This document shows, piece by piece, positions 21,066 through 30,459 of a stretch of DNA of 64,000 nucleotides. A program made the position numbers and the translations under genes. Every line of letters begins with the position of its first letter. Position 1 is the stretch's first letter. The DNA lies in NCBI GenBank assembly GCA_963774665.1, contig CAVZGB010000023.1, positions 76,277-140,276 on the forward strand, in the 5' to 3' direction. Origin of the DNA: an uncultured delta proteobacterium. Lineage in GTDB: Bacteria > Desulfobacterota > Binatia > Binatales > Binataceae. Under the pieces are notes generated by a model. That model searched no databases, was not told the origin of the DNA, and saw nothing but the letters and a program-made list of their open reading frames with translations.

Positions 21066-22883
21066 CTACAGCTCGATAAACGGACACAGCAGCATCACGC
21101 CGCCGCGGATGAGCAGCTCGAGCATCGCGGGCGCCCATCGGCTTGGGATGCCAAGCGCGCTAGCGGCTGCGCGAATCGTCCACGGCGTCGAGACATCGGC
21201 GCTGCTGCCGCGAAAATCCAGCCATCGACGCTCCGCGCGATAGGTCACGAGCTGATGGCGGCGATCCTTGGCGATGTGCGCGCGGTCTCGCGCGATTGCG
21301 ATCGCCGTCGACAGTCCGCCGATTTCGTCGACCAGGCCGCGTTCCTTGGCCGCGAGGCCGCTCCAGATGCGCCCCTTCGCGACAGCTTCCGCCTGCTCGG
21401 GGCTCAGGTGCCGGCCTTCTGCGACCTTCGCGGTGAACGCAGCGTAGAGATGGCCGACGGTTTCGTTGAGCTGCGCGAGCTCCGCATCGGTCATCGCGCG
21501 CGCCATCGACATCGCATCGCTGATGGGCGCGCTCTTCACGAAATCGAAATGGACGCCCAGCTCGTTCATCAGATTGCCGAGATTGAACTTCGCGTACACG
21601 ACCCCGATGGAACCGGTGATGGTGGCTGGCTCCGCGACGATCGCATCGGCGCCCGCAGCGACGTAGTAGCCGCCCGAGCCCGCCACGTCGCCCATCGAGA
21701 CGACGACAGGCTTGCCGCGCCCCTGTGCCTCGCGGACGGCGCGCCACACCAGATCGGATCCGACCGCGGAGCCGCCCGGTGAATTCACGCGGAACACGAT
21801 TGCGCTGACTCGTTCGTCGCGCGATGCGCGATCGAGTTGCGCCGCGGTCGCGACGCCGCTGATGAACTCGCCGGTCGCGGGCGCCTCTCCTGAGACGACC
21901 GGGCCGCTGGCGTGTACGAGCGCGATTCGCGCGCGGCGCCCGCGCTCGCGGGTGAAGATTGCATGACGCCGGTATCGCGCCAGGCTGATGAACACTTTGC
22001 GCTTCCCCTGCGGATCGAATTCAGCGCGGATGTCTTCGATGTATCCTTCGCGATCGATCAATTTATTTTCGACCGCGAACTTTGCGCTGACGAATCCCGC
22101 CGCGATCAGCTCTCGCGCTTTTTCAGGAGAGAGTTTGCGAGCCGACGCGATCGATTCGACCAGGATTTTCTCCCAGTCCGCGACGATCGCCTCCATGCTC
22201 TCGCGCACCGCTGGCGACATCGTATCGCGGTTGAGTGTCTCGGCCGCGCCCTTGTATTCCTTCCATTGCAGGGTCTGCGCCTGGATCTTCAGCTTGTCGA
22301 GCGCGTTCTTCAGAAAAACGCCGCCGGTCGCCACGCCAAGCATCGTGAGCATCGTGTCCGGATTGGCGACAATCTCGCCCGCTCCTGCCGCGACCAGGTA
22401 TTCGCGCAGTCCGGCGTCATCGCCTCGCAGCAGCGCGATCACCCGCTTACCGCCCGCCTGCGCAGCGCGCATCAGGCGATGGATTTCATGCGCGGTGGCG
22501 AGCCCGGCGCCGAAGCTCGCGATCTCGACGACGATCGCGCGAACCTCGTTGTCGATAGCCGCCGACTCGAACGCATAGCGCAGATGGTCGAGGCTTTGTG
22601 CGCCGCGTCGCATGATTTGATCGAGCGGCGAGCGCGTCACATCCTCTTCGATCGGCCCCGACAGCCGAACCACCAGCACCGCGTCATGCGGGATTTGCGC
22701 AGGCCTGACGATCGCGAAATAGAAGGCCGCCACTAGCGCCAAGCCGATTCCGATGGCGGTGATTCCCACACCCCAATGGCCGAACGCCAGGCCAATCGCG
22801 CCGACGACATATAAAATCAGAACAACAATCGCGAGTCGGACCTCGCGACTTATCCACAGTCTTTCGGTGATCGGGTTCTTCAT
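21066..22883 (-). CDS. sppA: signal peptide peptidase (protease IV)
   Basis: two S49 domains; RVNSPGGS, VVSMGDVAGSGGYY, TITGSIGV, KGRIWSG. Confidence 0.93.
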   Translation of the reverse strand: MKNPITERLWISREVRLAIVVLILYVVGAIGLAFGHWGVGITAIGIGLALVAAFYFAIVRPAQIPHDAVLVVRLSGPIEEDVTRSPLDQIMRRGAQSLDHLRYAFESAAIDNEVRAIVVEIASFGAGLATAHEIHRLMRAAQAGGKRVIALLRGDDAGLREYLVAAGAGEIVANPDTMLTMLGVATGGVFLKNALDKLKIQAQTLQWKEYKGAAETLNRDTMSPAVRESMEAIVADWEKILVESIASARKLSPEKARELIAAGFVSAKFAVENKLIDREGYIEDIRAEFDPQGKRKVFISLARYRRHAIFTRERGRRARIALVHASGPVVSGEAPATGEFISGVATAAQLDRASRDERVSAIVFRVNSPGGSAVGSDLVWRAVREAQGRGKPVVVSMGDVAGSGGYYVAAGADAIVAEPATITGSIGVVYAKFNLGNLMNELGVHFDFVKSAPISDAMSMARAMTDAELAQLNETVGHLYAAFTAKVAEGRHLSPEQAEAVAKGRIWSGLAAKERGLVDEIGGLSTAIAIARDRAHIAKDRRHQLVTYRAERRWLDFRGSSADVSTPWTIRAAASALGIPSRWAPAMLELLIRGGVMLLCPFIEL

Positions 22884-22935
22884 TGTGTAAATTGGTCGCC
22901 TTTTTTGGTCGGTCCAAATAGACTACCGCTTTCCG

Positions 22936-24327
22936 ATGCCCAGGTCTGTCCTCATCCTGATTCTCGCCTTCACCGTCGTGAGCTTTGCGTCATGTTCGAC
23001 AGGTGAGCCCGCCAAACCCGGGCCGCCGCCATTTGTTGCCCGCTCGACGACGCTTGCGGTCACCAACGGCATCAAGGTCCTGACCAATGTTGCGCTGCCG
23101 CAGGGGTTCTCGCCGATTCCGTCGCGTCCACCGATGTGGATGCAAAACGGCGAGGAGATTGGTGTGGTTGGAACCCAACGGGGCCACACGATTATGTACG
23201 GCCTCGGAGGCGCCGCGTGGCGGACTGGCAGGATACTCGCAGCGGAGACGGGGCCGGGCGCCGCCGAGGAGGGAACGATCGCCGACGTGGGTGTGAGTCC
23301 CAACGGGCTGACCCTCGCGACCGCGATGGTCGCGCCGGGCGGCGATCGAGTCGACGTGATTATCCGCGACCTGATCGCGACCGGGCCCGGCAACGTGATC
23401 GCGAACTTCAATGGCCGGTTCGATTCAATTTCGATGAGCTGGCTGAACGACGCGACGATCGCGCTCGCGCTGAGGCAGCATCCGGAGCCGCCGGACGAAT
23501 CCGGCGTCAGCCAGGAAGTTCCGAAGTCCGATCCGGACCAGGCAGACGCCCAGCCGCCGCCCACTCGCGCTGACGGATTGCAGTTGATCGTCATCACCGG
23601 CGCTGGCTCGGTCGCGCCACTGAAGTTGTCGTGCCCGATGTCGACGCTCAGTTGGAGCGCGCACGGCGTCTATGCGGTCGGCCAGGGCGACGCGAGCGCT
23701 CCGCCCGTCATAATCGACCGGCGCGCCTCCACCTGCACCAGGTTTCACGTACGCAAGCCGATCCACGTGCTCGATTGGGACAAGAACGACGAAGGCTCAT
23801 TTCTTTACGTCGGCCCCGACCCAACGGGCCACACGATCGGAGTATTCAAGTACAACATTGCGACCGGCGCCGAACATCTGATGGGCGTATCGACCGGTGC
23901 GGCGGCGTTCGCCAACAGTAGCGATACTGTCACGCTGGGTAATCGAGGACTCTCGTTCAAGCAGGCGATCGAGCGTCCGCGAGAACCAGTTACCGCGCAG
24001 GTCGCGGTAGCGCACGCTGACCTGACCGAGATTAATGTGAAATCGCTGGGCTTCGACACATGGCCGGAAATGCTCGCGCAGAGCACGATGGCGTATTCGA
24101 AGGGCGCCGACGAAGCCGCGATGCAAATCTACGCGCCGAGCAAGCCAGTGCCGTGGCGAAAAATCGTCACGTACTCGGTGCACTACGACAGTGCGTTCCT
24201 GTTAGCCGAAGGTCCGGCTCAGGGCATCGTCACGATGAGCTGGTCGCTGAGGGGACGATGGCTCGCGTTCCTGGACGGCGACGCAACGATAGGCACGGTG
24301 ATGACAGTGCTCGAACCACCGCGGTAG
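22936..24327 (+). CDS. hypothetical lipoprotein, possibly a beta-propeller
   Basis: lipobox FASC; repeated short beta motifs (VSPNG, SWLND, SWSAHG, SWSLRG). Confidence 0.7.
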   Translation: MPRSVLILILAFTVVSFASCSTGEPAKPGPPPFVARSTTLAVTNGIKVLTNVALPQGFSPIPSRPPMWMQNGEEIGVVGTQRGHTIMYGLGGAAWRTGRILAAETGPGAAEEGTIADVGVSPNGLTLATAMVAPGGDRVDVIIRDLIATGPGNVIANFNGRFDSISMSWLNDATIALALRQHPEPPDESGVSQEVPKSDPDQADAQPPPTRADGLQLIVITGAGSVAPLKLSCPMSTLSWSAHGVYAVGQGDASAPPVIIDRRASTCTRFHVRKPIHVLDWDKNDEGSFLYVGPDPTGHTIGVFKYNIATGAEHLMGVSTGAAAFANSSDTVTLGNRGLSFKQAIERPREPVTAQVAVAHADLTEINVKSLGFDTWPEMLAQSTMAYSKGADEAAMQIYAPSKPVPWRKIVTYSVHYDSAFLLAEGPAQGIVTMSWSLRGRWLAFLDGDATIGTVMTVLEPPR

Positions 24328-24330
24328 GAG

Positions 24331-24588
24331 TCATCTGTAGACGTCGCGACGATGGGCTACTCGAACCACTAAGACTACCAGAATTCGGTTCCGGATCTCG
24401 TAAATTATTCGATAATCACCGACTCGAATGCGCCACAGGTCTTCGCTTGCTTTGAGCTTCTTTGCACCCGCAGGTCGTGGGTAGTCAGCTAGCGCGTCGA
24501 TGCGCGGGCGCAGTCTGCGCTGGATCTCTCGCGCGAGCTTGCTGAACTCGCGCGCTGCACCCGGCGAGAACTCGACCGCATAGGCCAT
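24331..24588 (-). CDS. RelE/ParE family toxin
   Basis: YAVEFSPGAAREF...LWRIRVGDYRIIYEI...VAHRRDVYR. Confidence 0.92.
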   Translation of the reverse strand: MAYAVEFSPGAAREFSKLAREIQRRLRPRIDALADYPRPAGAKKLKASEDLWRIRVGDYRIIYEIRNRILVVLVVRVAHRRDVYR

Positions 24589-24595
24589 CCTGACG

Positions 24596-24877
24596 TCAGG
24601 TGAGACCTAGCTCCTTCTTTATCCGCGTCCAAGGTATAGTTCCCTTGCGTTTGGCCTCACGGATTGCCGTACGGGCGGCCTTCAAATCTTCGCGGTCCTC
24701 AATCTCTTCCATAAGCGCGATATCTTCGAACGGTACTACTGCCGCCAGTGGTTTGTTGCGGCGAGTCAGAACGACGCGGTCTTTTCCGTAGGCAACACGA
24801 TTGATCAGATCGGAGAAGTTCTTGCGTGCGGCGGCTGTAGTGACCGCCTCATTTGTGGATTTTCGCGTCGTCCGCAT
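24596..24877 (-). CDS. Phd/YefM family antitoxin
   Basis: AARKNFSDLINRV...VVLTRRNKPLAAVV plus an acidic tail; ATG 24877 with GGGAG RBS. Confidence 0.9.
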   Translation of the reverse strand: MRTTRKSTNEAVTTAAARKNFSDLINRVAYGKDRVVLTRRNKPLAAVVPFEDIALMEEIEDREDLKAARTAIREAKRKGTIPWTRIKKELGLT

Positions 24878-24910
24878 GATTGTGAACTCCCGAGTTGAAC
24901 TCTTGCCCAA

Positions 24911-24935
24911 TTGTACATCTCGGGCCTTTTGTACA
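24911..24935. promoter_or_regulatory. toxin-antitoxin operator, two TGTACA palindromes
   Basis: TTGTACA at 24911 and 24929, the first overlapping TACAAT on the minus strand. Confidence 0.65.
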
Positions 24936-24945
24936 CTAGATGCTT

Positions 24946-26124
24946 TTAGATAACCGGGGAGCCTGGGTCCAACCCGAACAGCACTCGTCCAACTACTTCG
25001 AAGCGGGAAGTGTTCATCAACACGTGTTGCGTTGCGGTATGCACGTCACGCCAGCATCGCTCGATAGGACAGGAGGTCTGCGCGGAGTTCATCCCGGCCG
25101 CATCCGCGACCAGATCGACCGCCTGCACCGCCAGCTTCGCCGCCGTTACTACGGCGAGCCGCGCATGCGCGCGATCCTGGATGCTGAAGCTCTCGCCCGC
25201 CTCGCCCTTCCGCCAGATCTCATCGTTGCAACCGTAGAAGTAGGCACGCGCCGCGTGCAGCAGGCCTTCCGCCTGCGCGTACTGGATCTGCGCGAGGGGA
25301 CGCTCGCGCAGCGTGGCCCGAGTAGCAGCCGGCACTTTGGCTTGCGCGATCTCGTTGAGCGAATCGAGGGCATGGCGCGCGGTGCCGAGCACCACCGATA
25401 CCAGGCCGCCGACAAATTGCAGTTGCAGCGGAATATTCTTGAATGGACCGCGCTGCCATGGCGACTTCGCGTTCAGCCAGTCGAAGGTGAATTCATCGGG
25501 AACAAAAACGTTATCGAACTCGCAATCGTTGCTGCCGGTGCCGCGCATCCCGGCGGTCGACCAGGTATTGAGAATTTTGGCGTGCTTGATCGGAAACAGG
25601 CCCGCACGCATCATCGGGAACCCATCGACCATTTCCGGAGCACCGTCGCGCAGGACCATCCCCGCCGCCATCAGGTAGGTCGCATGACCCGAGGCGCTCG
25701 CGTAGGTAGCCTTCCCGCTGAAACGCCATCCGCCATCGGCCGGCACCACCCGGGTGGTGGCGGGATTGAGCGATCCGGCGCTGACGCCGAGAGGATCGCC
25801 GTAGATCTTTTCGAATGCCGCGCGCGAAAGGTTGTAGCCAAACATCGGGCCGCCCGCGCAAATCGCGAGATTCCATCCGGCCGACCCGTCGATGCGCGCA
25901 ACTTCCTCGCACAGCCGTAGCGAATCGGGAATCGTCAGTTCGCCGCCGCCCATGTTGCGCGGAACGTGAATCCGCAACAGCCCGGCGTCGTGGAACGCAT
26001 CGATGACCTCGCGCGGCATCTGCGCATCGCGTTCGGCGCGATCGGCATGCTCGCGAATTATCGGCGCGAGCTTTTGTGCCTTTTCGAAATAAGGCCGAGC
26101 GCGTTCGGATAGAAGACGATCCAT
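24946..26124 (-). CDS. acyl-CoA dehydrogenase-like flavin-dependent hydroxylase (HsaA-like)
   Basis: PRNMGG, DGSAGWNL, WRFSGKATYASASGHA, GMRGTGSND, IERCWRDVH. Confidence 0.88.
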   Translation of the reverse strand: MDRLLSERARPYFEKAQKLAPIIREHADRAERDAQMPREVIDAFHDAGLLRIHVPRNMGGGELTIPDSLRLCEEVARIDGSAGWNLAICAGGPMFGYNLSRAAFEKIYGDPLGVSAGSLNPATTRVVPADGGWRFSGKATYASASGHATYLMAAGMVLRDGAPEMVDGFPMMRAGLFPIKHAKILNTWSTAGMRGTGSNDCEFDNVFVPDEFTFDWLNAKSPWQRGPFKNIPLQLQFVGGLVSVVLGTARHALDSLNEIAQAKVPAATRATLRERPLAQIQYAQAEGLLHAARAYFYGCNDEIWRKGEAGESFSIQDRAHARLAVVTAAKLAVQAVDLVADAAGMNSAQTSCPIERCWRDVHTATQHVLMNTSRFEVVGRVLFGLDPGSPVI

Positions 26125-26151
26125 ATCAGCACCTCTGGCGCCCAGTTGAGT

Positions 26152-28323
26152 CTAACTGCCCTGACGCGCGCGGTTCGCCCAGTAGTCCGACGCCGTGCGA
26201 AAGGCGGCTGCGGCGCGCTCGAAACTGTCGAACGCTACGAGGCCACGCGCGCGCGCAAGCTCCTTGCCGCGTGCGACGATCGACTCAACGTGAGCGGGAT
26301 GCATCACGATAGCGAACGGTTTGGTCGAGCGCCCGGCAAAGTCCGCCAGCTTATCGAGCAGGCCGGTAATTTCGTCCTCATGCGTGGCCCATCGCGCCGC
26401 ACGCAGTCCGGTGCCGACTTCCAGCACGATAGCGTCGATCACAGGGTCGCGTTCGAGAATCTCGAGGATGCGATCAAGATTCCCTTGATGGTGCCCCGCG
26501 CCAATGGTGCCGCCCGCATCGAGCGGATTGCGGTAGCTGCCGCCGATTATGTTGAAGAACGTTTTCAGTTCATCGTACGAGGAGTCCGACAGCGCGGGAA
26601 TCTCGAGGCCCGCGGTCGCGAACGTGTCGGTGATCACGACGGACTGCCCACCGGTCATCGCGACCAGGCCCATCCTGCGGCCCGCGAGACGCTTGGCTCG
26701 CGCGAATAGCTCGACCGCGTCCAGCATCGCGTCGAGGCTCGCCACTTCGACCGCGCCACTTTGCCGCACTACTGTGCGCCAGGTCGCCTCGGCAGTTGCG
26801 AGCGAGCCTGTGTGCGAGAACGTCGCGCGCGCGCCCGCTTCGGTCACCCCGCCCTTCCAGATGACGACAGGATGACGCTCGGCCGCATGCCGGACGCTGT
26901 CGAAGAAGCGCCGCCCATCGCGCACGCCCTCGATATACATCCCAATCACGCGCGTGGCCGGGTCGGCCGCCATCAGGTCGATATAGTCAGCGGCCTCGAG
27001 TACCAGCACGTTGCCGATTGACGCCGCCTTGTTCACCTTGATGCCGTGAGTCGGAGCCTGCAGGCAGAAGTTGATCGTGTGCGTCCCGCTCTGGGAGATG
27101 AAGCAGACGTCGCCCGCCTCGCCGACTTTTTCCTCGGGAAAATTGCGGAGGCCCGCCGCTGGACTGTACAGCCCCATGCAATTGGGGCCGACCAGCGCGA
27201 TTTCCGAGTTGATCGCGATGTCGCGCAGCTCGGCTTCCAGCCGGATTCCCAGCTCCTCCGACGTCTCCGAAAATCCCGACGTAAAAAATCCGATTGAACC
27301 GACGTGGTTGGCGACGCAATCTTTCAAAATTCGCGGCGCTATTTGCCGCGGAACGGCGCTGACTGCGTAATCGATTGGCTCCGTGATTTCGGCCAGGCTC
27401 TTGCGGTTCTCTACACCCATCGCTTCGATTCCTGGAATCTCGTTGGGATCGATCTGGATCGAGTAGAGCTTGCCCTTGAGATGCGCCATCGCGCGCAGCC
27501 ACATGTACCCGCCCATCCGCTTGTCGCCGATGACTGCAACTGTGCGAGGATTGAACGCGCGCTCGAGATTTTTCAGCCGTGCCGCGCGATTCCCGTCCGG
27601 TTGCGGCGTCGCCGCTTTGGCGTCGGCGAGCACGATTCGCGCATCGAGGATCGCGAGGCCGTCCTCATAGGCGACTACCGGGTTGAGATCCATCTCGGCG
27701 ATCTCCGGATGCGTCCAGGCGATTCCCGAGACGGTTTCCAGCAGCAACGCGATCGCGTCGATGTCAACGCCGGGCTGACCGCGGACGCCGCGGAGAATCT
27801 GAGCGCCTCGAAGCTGCGCGAGCATCGCAGACGCCTCACGGCCGCCAATCGGCGCCAGCGCAAGCGCGGTGTCCTTCATCACTTCGACGAACACTCCGCC
27901 GAGCCCCACCATCACCATCGGGCCGAATCGTTCGTCGCGGAACGTCCCCGCAATCAGCTCGACGCCCTGCCTGGCCATCGGCTGAACGGCGACGCCCTCG
28001 AAGCGCGCGTCGCGCGCCTTGGCGGCCAGGCTGCGGCGAATTCGCTCGAACGCGTCACGCACTGCGGCCTCGTCGGCGAGATTAAGCTCGACGCCGCCGA
28101 CATCGCTCTTGTGGCTCACATCCGGCGACAGCACTTTCAGCACTACCGGGAATCCGATCCGCGACGCCGCCTGCACCGCATCGTCGGCCGAAGCCGCAAC
28201 CTCCGGCACCACCACTGGCAGGCCGAGCGAATGCAGGATTCGCTTGCTTTCGATTTCCGTGAGAACCGACCGTCCGCTGGAACGAGCCGACGATATTACC
28301 GATGAAACAATAGAGTCAGTCAC
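26152..28323 (-). CDS. ADP-forming acyl-CoA synthetase with beta-alpha domain order
   Basis: N-terminal ATP-grasp (LKVLSPDVSHKSDVGGV, DLNPV), then CoA-binding (VGPNCMG, SQSG) and phospho-His SHTGS. Confidence 0.88.
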   Translation of the reverse strand: MTDSIVSSVISSARSSGRSVLTEIESKRILHSLGLPVVVPEVAASADDAVQAASRIGFPVVLKVLSPDVSHKSDVGGVELNLADEAAVRDAFERIRRSLAAKARDARFEGVAVQPMARQGVELIAGTFRDERFGPMVMVGLGGVFVEVMKDTALALAPIGGREASAMLAQLRGAQILRGVRGQPGVDIDAIALLLETVSGIAWTHPEIAEMDLNPVVAYEDGLAILDARIVLADAKAATPQPDGNRAARLKNLERAFNPRTVAVIGDKRMGGYMWLRAMAHLKGKLYSIQIDPNEIPGIEAMGVENRKSLAEITEPIDYAVSAVPRQIAPRILKDCVANHVGSIGFFTSGFSETSEELGIRLEAELRDIAINSEIALVGPNCMGLYSPAAGLRNFPEEKVGEAGDVCFISQSGTHTINFCLQAPTHGIKVNKAASIGNVLVLEAADYIDLMAADPATRVIGMYIEGVRDGRRFFDSVRHAAERHPVVIWKGGVTEAGARATFSHTGSLATAEATWRTVVRQSGAVEVASLDAMLDAVELFARAKRLAGRRMGLVAMTGGQSVVITDTFATAGLEIPALSDSSYDELKTFFNIIGGSYRNPLDAGGTIGAGHHQGNLDRILEILERDPVIDAIVLEVGTGLRAARWATHEDEITGLLDKLADFAGRSTKPFAIVMHPAHVESIVARGKELARARGLVAFDSFERAAAAFRTASDYWANRARQGS

Positions 28324-28515
28324 GCTTGTCGCGTATAGCAGAGCCCGCGAACTATTTGAACCACCAGGGAGTTATGCCGCGAGGCCGCGCGCCGAGAGCA
28401 GCGCCAATGCCGTGGGCATCGCTGGGTTACTGTCGCGGAAAATGGGCAAATAATCGGTTCAGGCCGCGTCCACGCGACCTGACCGAGTTACAATTCGACG
28501 ATGTCCGTGGCCGGT

Positions 28516-28686
28516 CTAGAGGCTGGTGTCCACGGTGGTCAGCATGGTCGTGAGCGTCGACCCCATAGTCTGGTAGCCGACATACACCACGATCGCGACC
28601 GCCGCGAGAATCAGCGCGTACTCAGCCATCGTCTGGCCGCGTGCAAAACTATCAGCCCGCACATAGAATTTCCTGAGCGTATTCAT
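28516..28686 (-). CDS. flp: Flp type IVb pilin, copy 3 in transcription order
   Basis: MNTLRK...RG-QTMAEYALI Flp motif, 56 aa, GGGAG RBS. Confidence 0.93.
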   Translation of the reverse strand: MNTLRKFYVRADSFARGQTMAEYALILAAVAIVVYVGYQTMGSTLTTMLTTVDTSL

Positions 28687-28730
28687 CAGAACTCCCATAA
28701 CCACACCTGAGTTTGCTCTCAAGCGAGTTG

Positions 28731-28760
28731 CGCGGAAGGGTGAAAATGACCCCCCCGCCG
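28731..28760 (-). other. intergenic hairpin between flp copies (imperfect)
   Basis: GCGGAAGGG...CCCCCCGC, homologous to the 29013-29040 hairpin. Confidence 0.5.
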
Positions 28761-28801
28761 ATTAATTTGCTTGGCCCCCGTGCGAAAAGATCGGCGCTCG
28801 A

Positions 28802-28975
28802 TTAGAGCTTGCCGTCGACCGTGGTCAGCAAGGTTGTGATCGTCGATCCCATAGTCTGGTAGCCGACATAAACGATAACCGCGACCGCCGCGAGAATCAG
28901 CGCGTACTCAGCCATCGTTTGGCCGCGCGCAAAACTATCGGCACGCACATACAATTTCCTGATCGAATTCGTCAT
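28802..28975 (-). CDS. flp: Flp type IVb pilin, copy 2 (not in the ORF track)
   Basis: hand translation MTNSIRKLYVRADSFARGQTMAEYALILAAVAVIVYVGYQTMGSTITTLLTTVDGKL; AGGA RBS. Confidence 0.93.
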   Translation of the reverse strand: MTNSIRKLYVRADSFARGQTMAEYALILAAVAVIVYVGYQTMGSTITTLLTTVDGKL

Positions 28976-29012
28976 AGCTTCCTGTTGCTTGAGCCTTCTC
29001 GAGCGGGTTGCG

Positions 29013-29040
29013 CCGGCGGGAGCAAGCTGACTCCCGCCGG
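29013..29040 (-). other. intergenic hairpin between flp copies (perfect 10-bp stem)
   Basis: CCGGCGGGAG-N8-CTCCCGCCGG with no U tract. Confidence 0.6.
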
Positions 29041-29079
29041 GTCTGATTACTTAGCCCTTTGCCAAAGACCGGCTCACGA

Positions 29080-29250
29080 TTAGAGCTTGCCGTCGACCGT
29101 GGTCAGCAACGTGGTGAGCGTCGAGCCCATCGTCTGGTAGCCGACAAAGACCACGACCGCGACCGCTGCAAGAATCAACGCGTACTCAGCCATCGTCTGG
29201 CCGCGCGTGAACCCATCCGCCTTCACGTACAGTTTCCTGATCTGATCCAT
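29080..29250 (-). CDS. flp: Flp type IVb pilin, copy 1 (not in the ORF track)
   Basis: hand translation MDQIRKLYVKADGFTRGQTMAEYALILAAVAVVVFVGYQTMGSTLTTLLTTVDGKL; GGAGG RBS. Confidence 0.93.
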   Translation of the reverse strand: MDQIRKLYVKADGFTRGQTMAEYALILAAVAVVVFVGYQTMGSTLTTLLTTVDGKL

Positions 29251-29699
29251 TTCCGTGTCCCTCCGTCCGTTTGTGTGTTTCGACCAACCGTTACGCGGGG
29301 ATCCGTTATTCCCGCGTCTTGCGACGACTTTACTTCTTGTACTGATATCTCTACTTCTAGTTATAAACGCCTACTACTAGCTAATCCCAGATTTCACCCA
29401 GTAACCCATTCAAACAGCGTCGGTAATTGCTCTTGATTGGTTACGCTTGGTTCAGACTATGCAAACATGTCTTTACCCAGCTTCGGCATTCTCTACAGGC
29501 GGCGTATTTAAGTCAAGCGCGTTTTGCGCTCGTGAATCCACTTAATGACACGCGAAGGCGCTTGTTGTCGTGCTATGGAGCATGAGACTGAGGTAATGCA
29601 GTGCCCAATGATAGACATAAGGCGTCCAGAAGATTAAAAGAAGTGCAAAGGTAGGACGTGTAGCTATAAGGTGGCTATAGCGACTAGCGTTGGATATTC

Positions 29700-30437
29700 C
29701 TAGCGGAACGCCGCAGCCAAAGCGTCACTCATACCGAAATTTCCTTCGTACAGGGCACGTCCGACGACTACGCCCACGACGCCGGCTCCGAAACGCGTCC
29801 CAAGTGCGCGAATGTCCTCGAGAGTCGCGACGCCGCCTGACGCGATCACAGGGATTCGCACCGCCTTGGCGATTTCTTCCATGCGTGCCGCATCGACGCC
29901 GACCTGCGCGCCGTCGCGAGCAATGTCGGTAACGATCAAGGCCGCGACATCCGCGGCCCGGAAACGGTCTGCCGCTTCGGCAACTGTCAGTTGGCTGGTC
30001 TCGACCCATCCTTTGACAGCAAGCCTGCCGTCGCGAATATCGATCGATCCGAAAACTCGTGCCGGGAACTCGACGCAAGCCTGGCGGAGCAGCTCGGGAT
30101 TGAGCAGCGCGGCCGAACCGATCGAGACGCGGTCGGCGCCGCTTGAGAACGTCGCGCGTACCGCCTCGATTGTGCGCAGTCCGCCGCTAACGTCGATTGC
30201 ACATTTTACCGACGCTCGAATTCGCGCGATCGCATCGACATTTCGCGGCGTTCCGGCAATTGCGCCATCGAGATCGACTATGTGGATAACTTCCGCTCCG
30301 GCTTCCTCGAAGCGACGCGCCGTCTCACCCGGGTCTGCCCCATAGACGGTGGCCTTGCTCATGTCGCCGTGCAGCAGGCGAACGACCTCGCCGCCCTTCA
30401 GGTCAATTGCGGGAATGACGGTGAACTTCTCGAACAA
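29700..30437 (-). CDS. hisA: ProFAR isomerase
   Basis: VIPAIDLKGGEVVRL, HIVDLDGA, TDIARDG, IASGGV; TTG start inferred. Confidence 0.95.
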   Translation of the reverse strand: MFEKFTVIPAIDLKGGEVVRLLHGDMSKATVYGADPGETARRFEEAGAEVIHIVDLDGAIAGTPRNVDAIARIRASVKCAIDVSGGLRTIEAVRATFSSGADRVSIGSAALLNPELLRQACVEFPARVFGSIDIRDGRLAVKGWVETSQLTVAEAADRFRAADVAALIVTDIARDGAQVGVDAARMEEIAKAVRIPVIASGGVATLEDIRALGTRFGAGVVGVVVGRALYEGNFGMSDALAAAFR

Positions 30438-30459
30438 GCGGACTATTCTAACCAGCGAT

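Noticed and set aside
28516-29250. CRISPR-like periodic repeats
   Set aside because: The repeats are the three flp coding sequences; there are no spacers or cas genes
29251-29699. c-di-GMP riboswitch upstream of flp
   Set aside because: No recognisable class I or II core motifs on either strand
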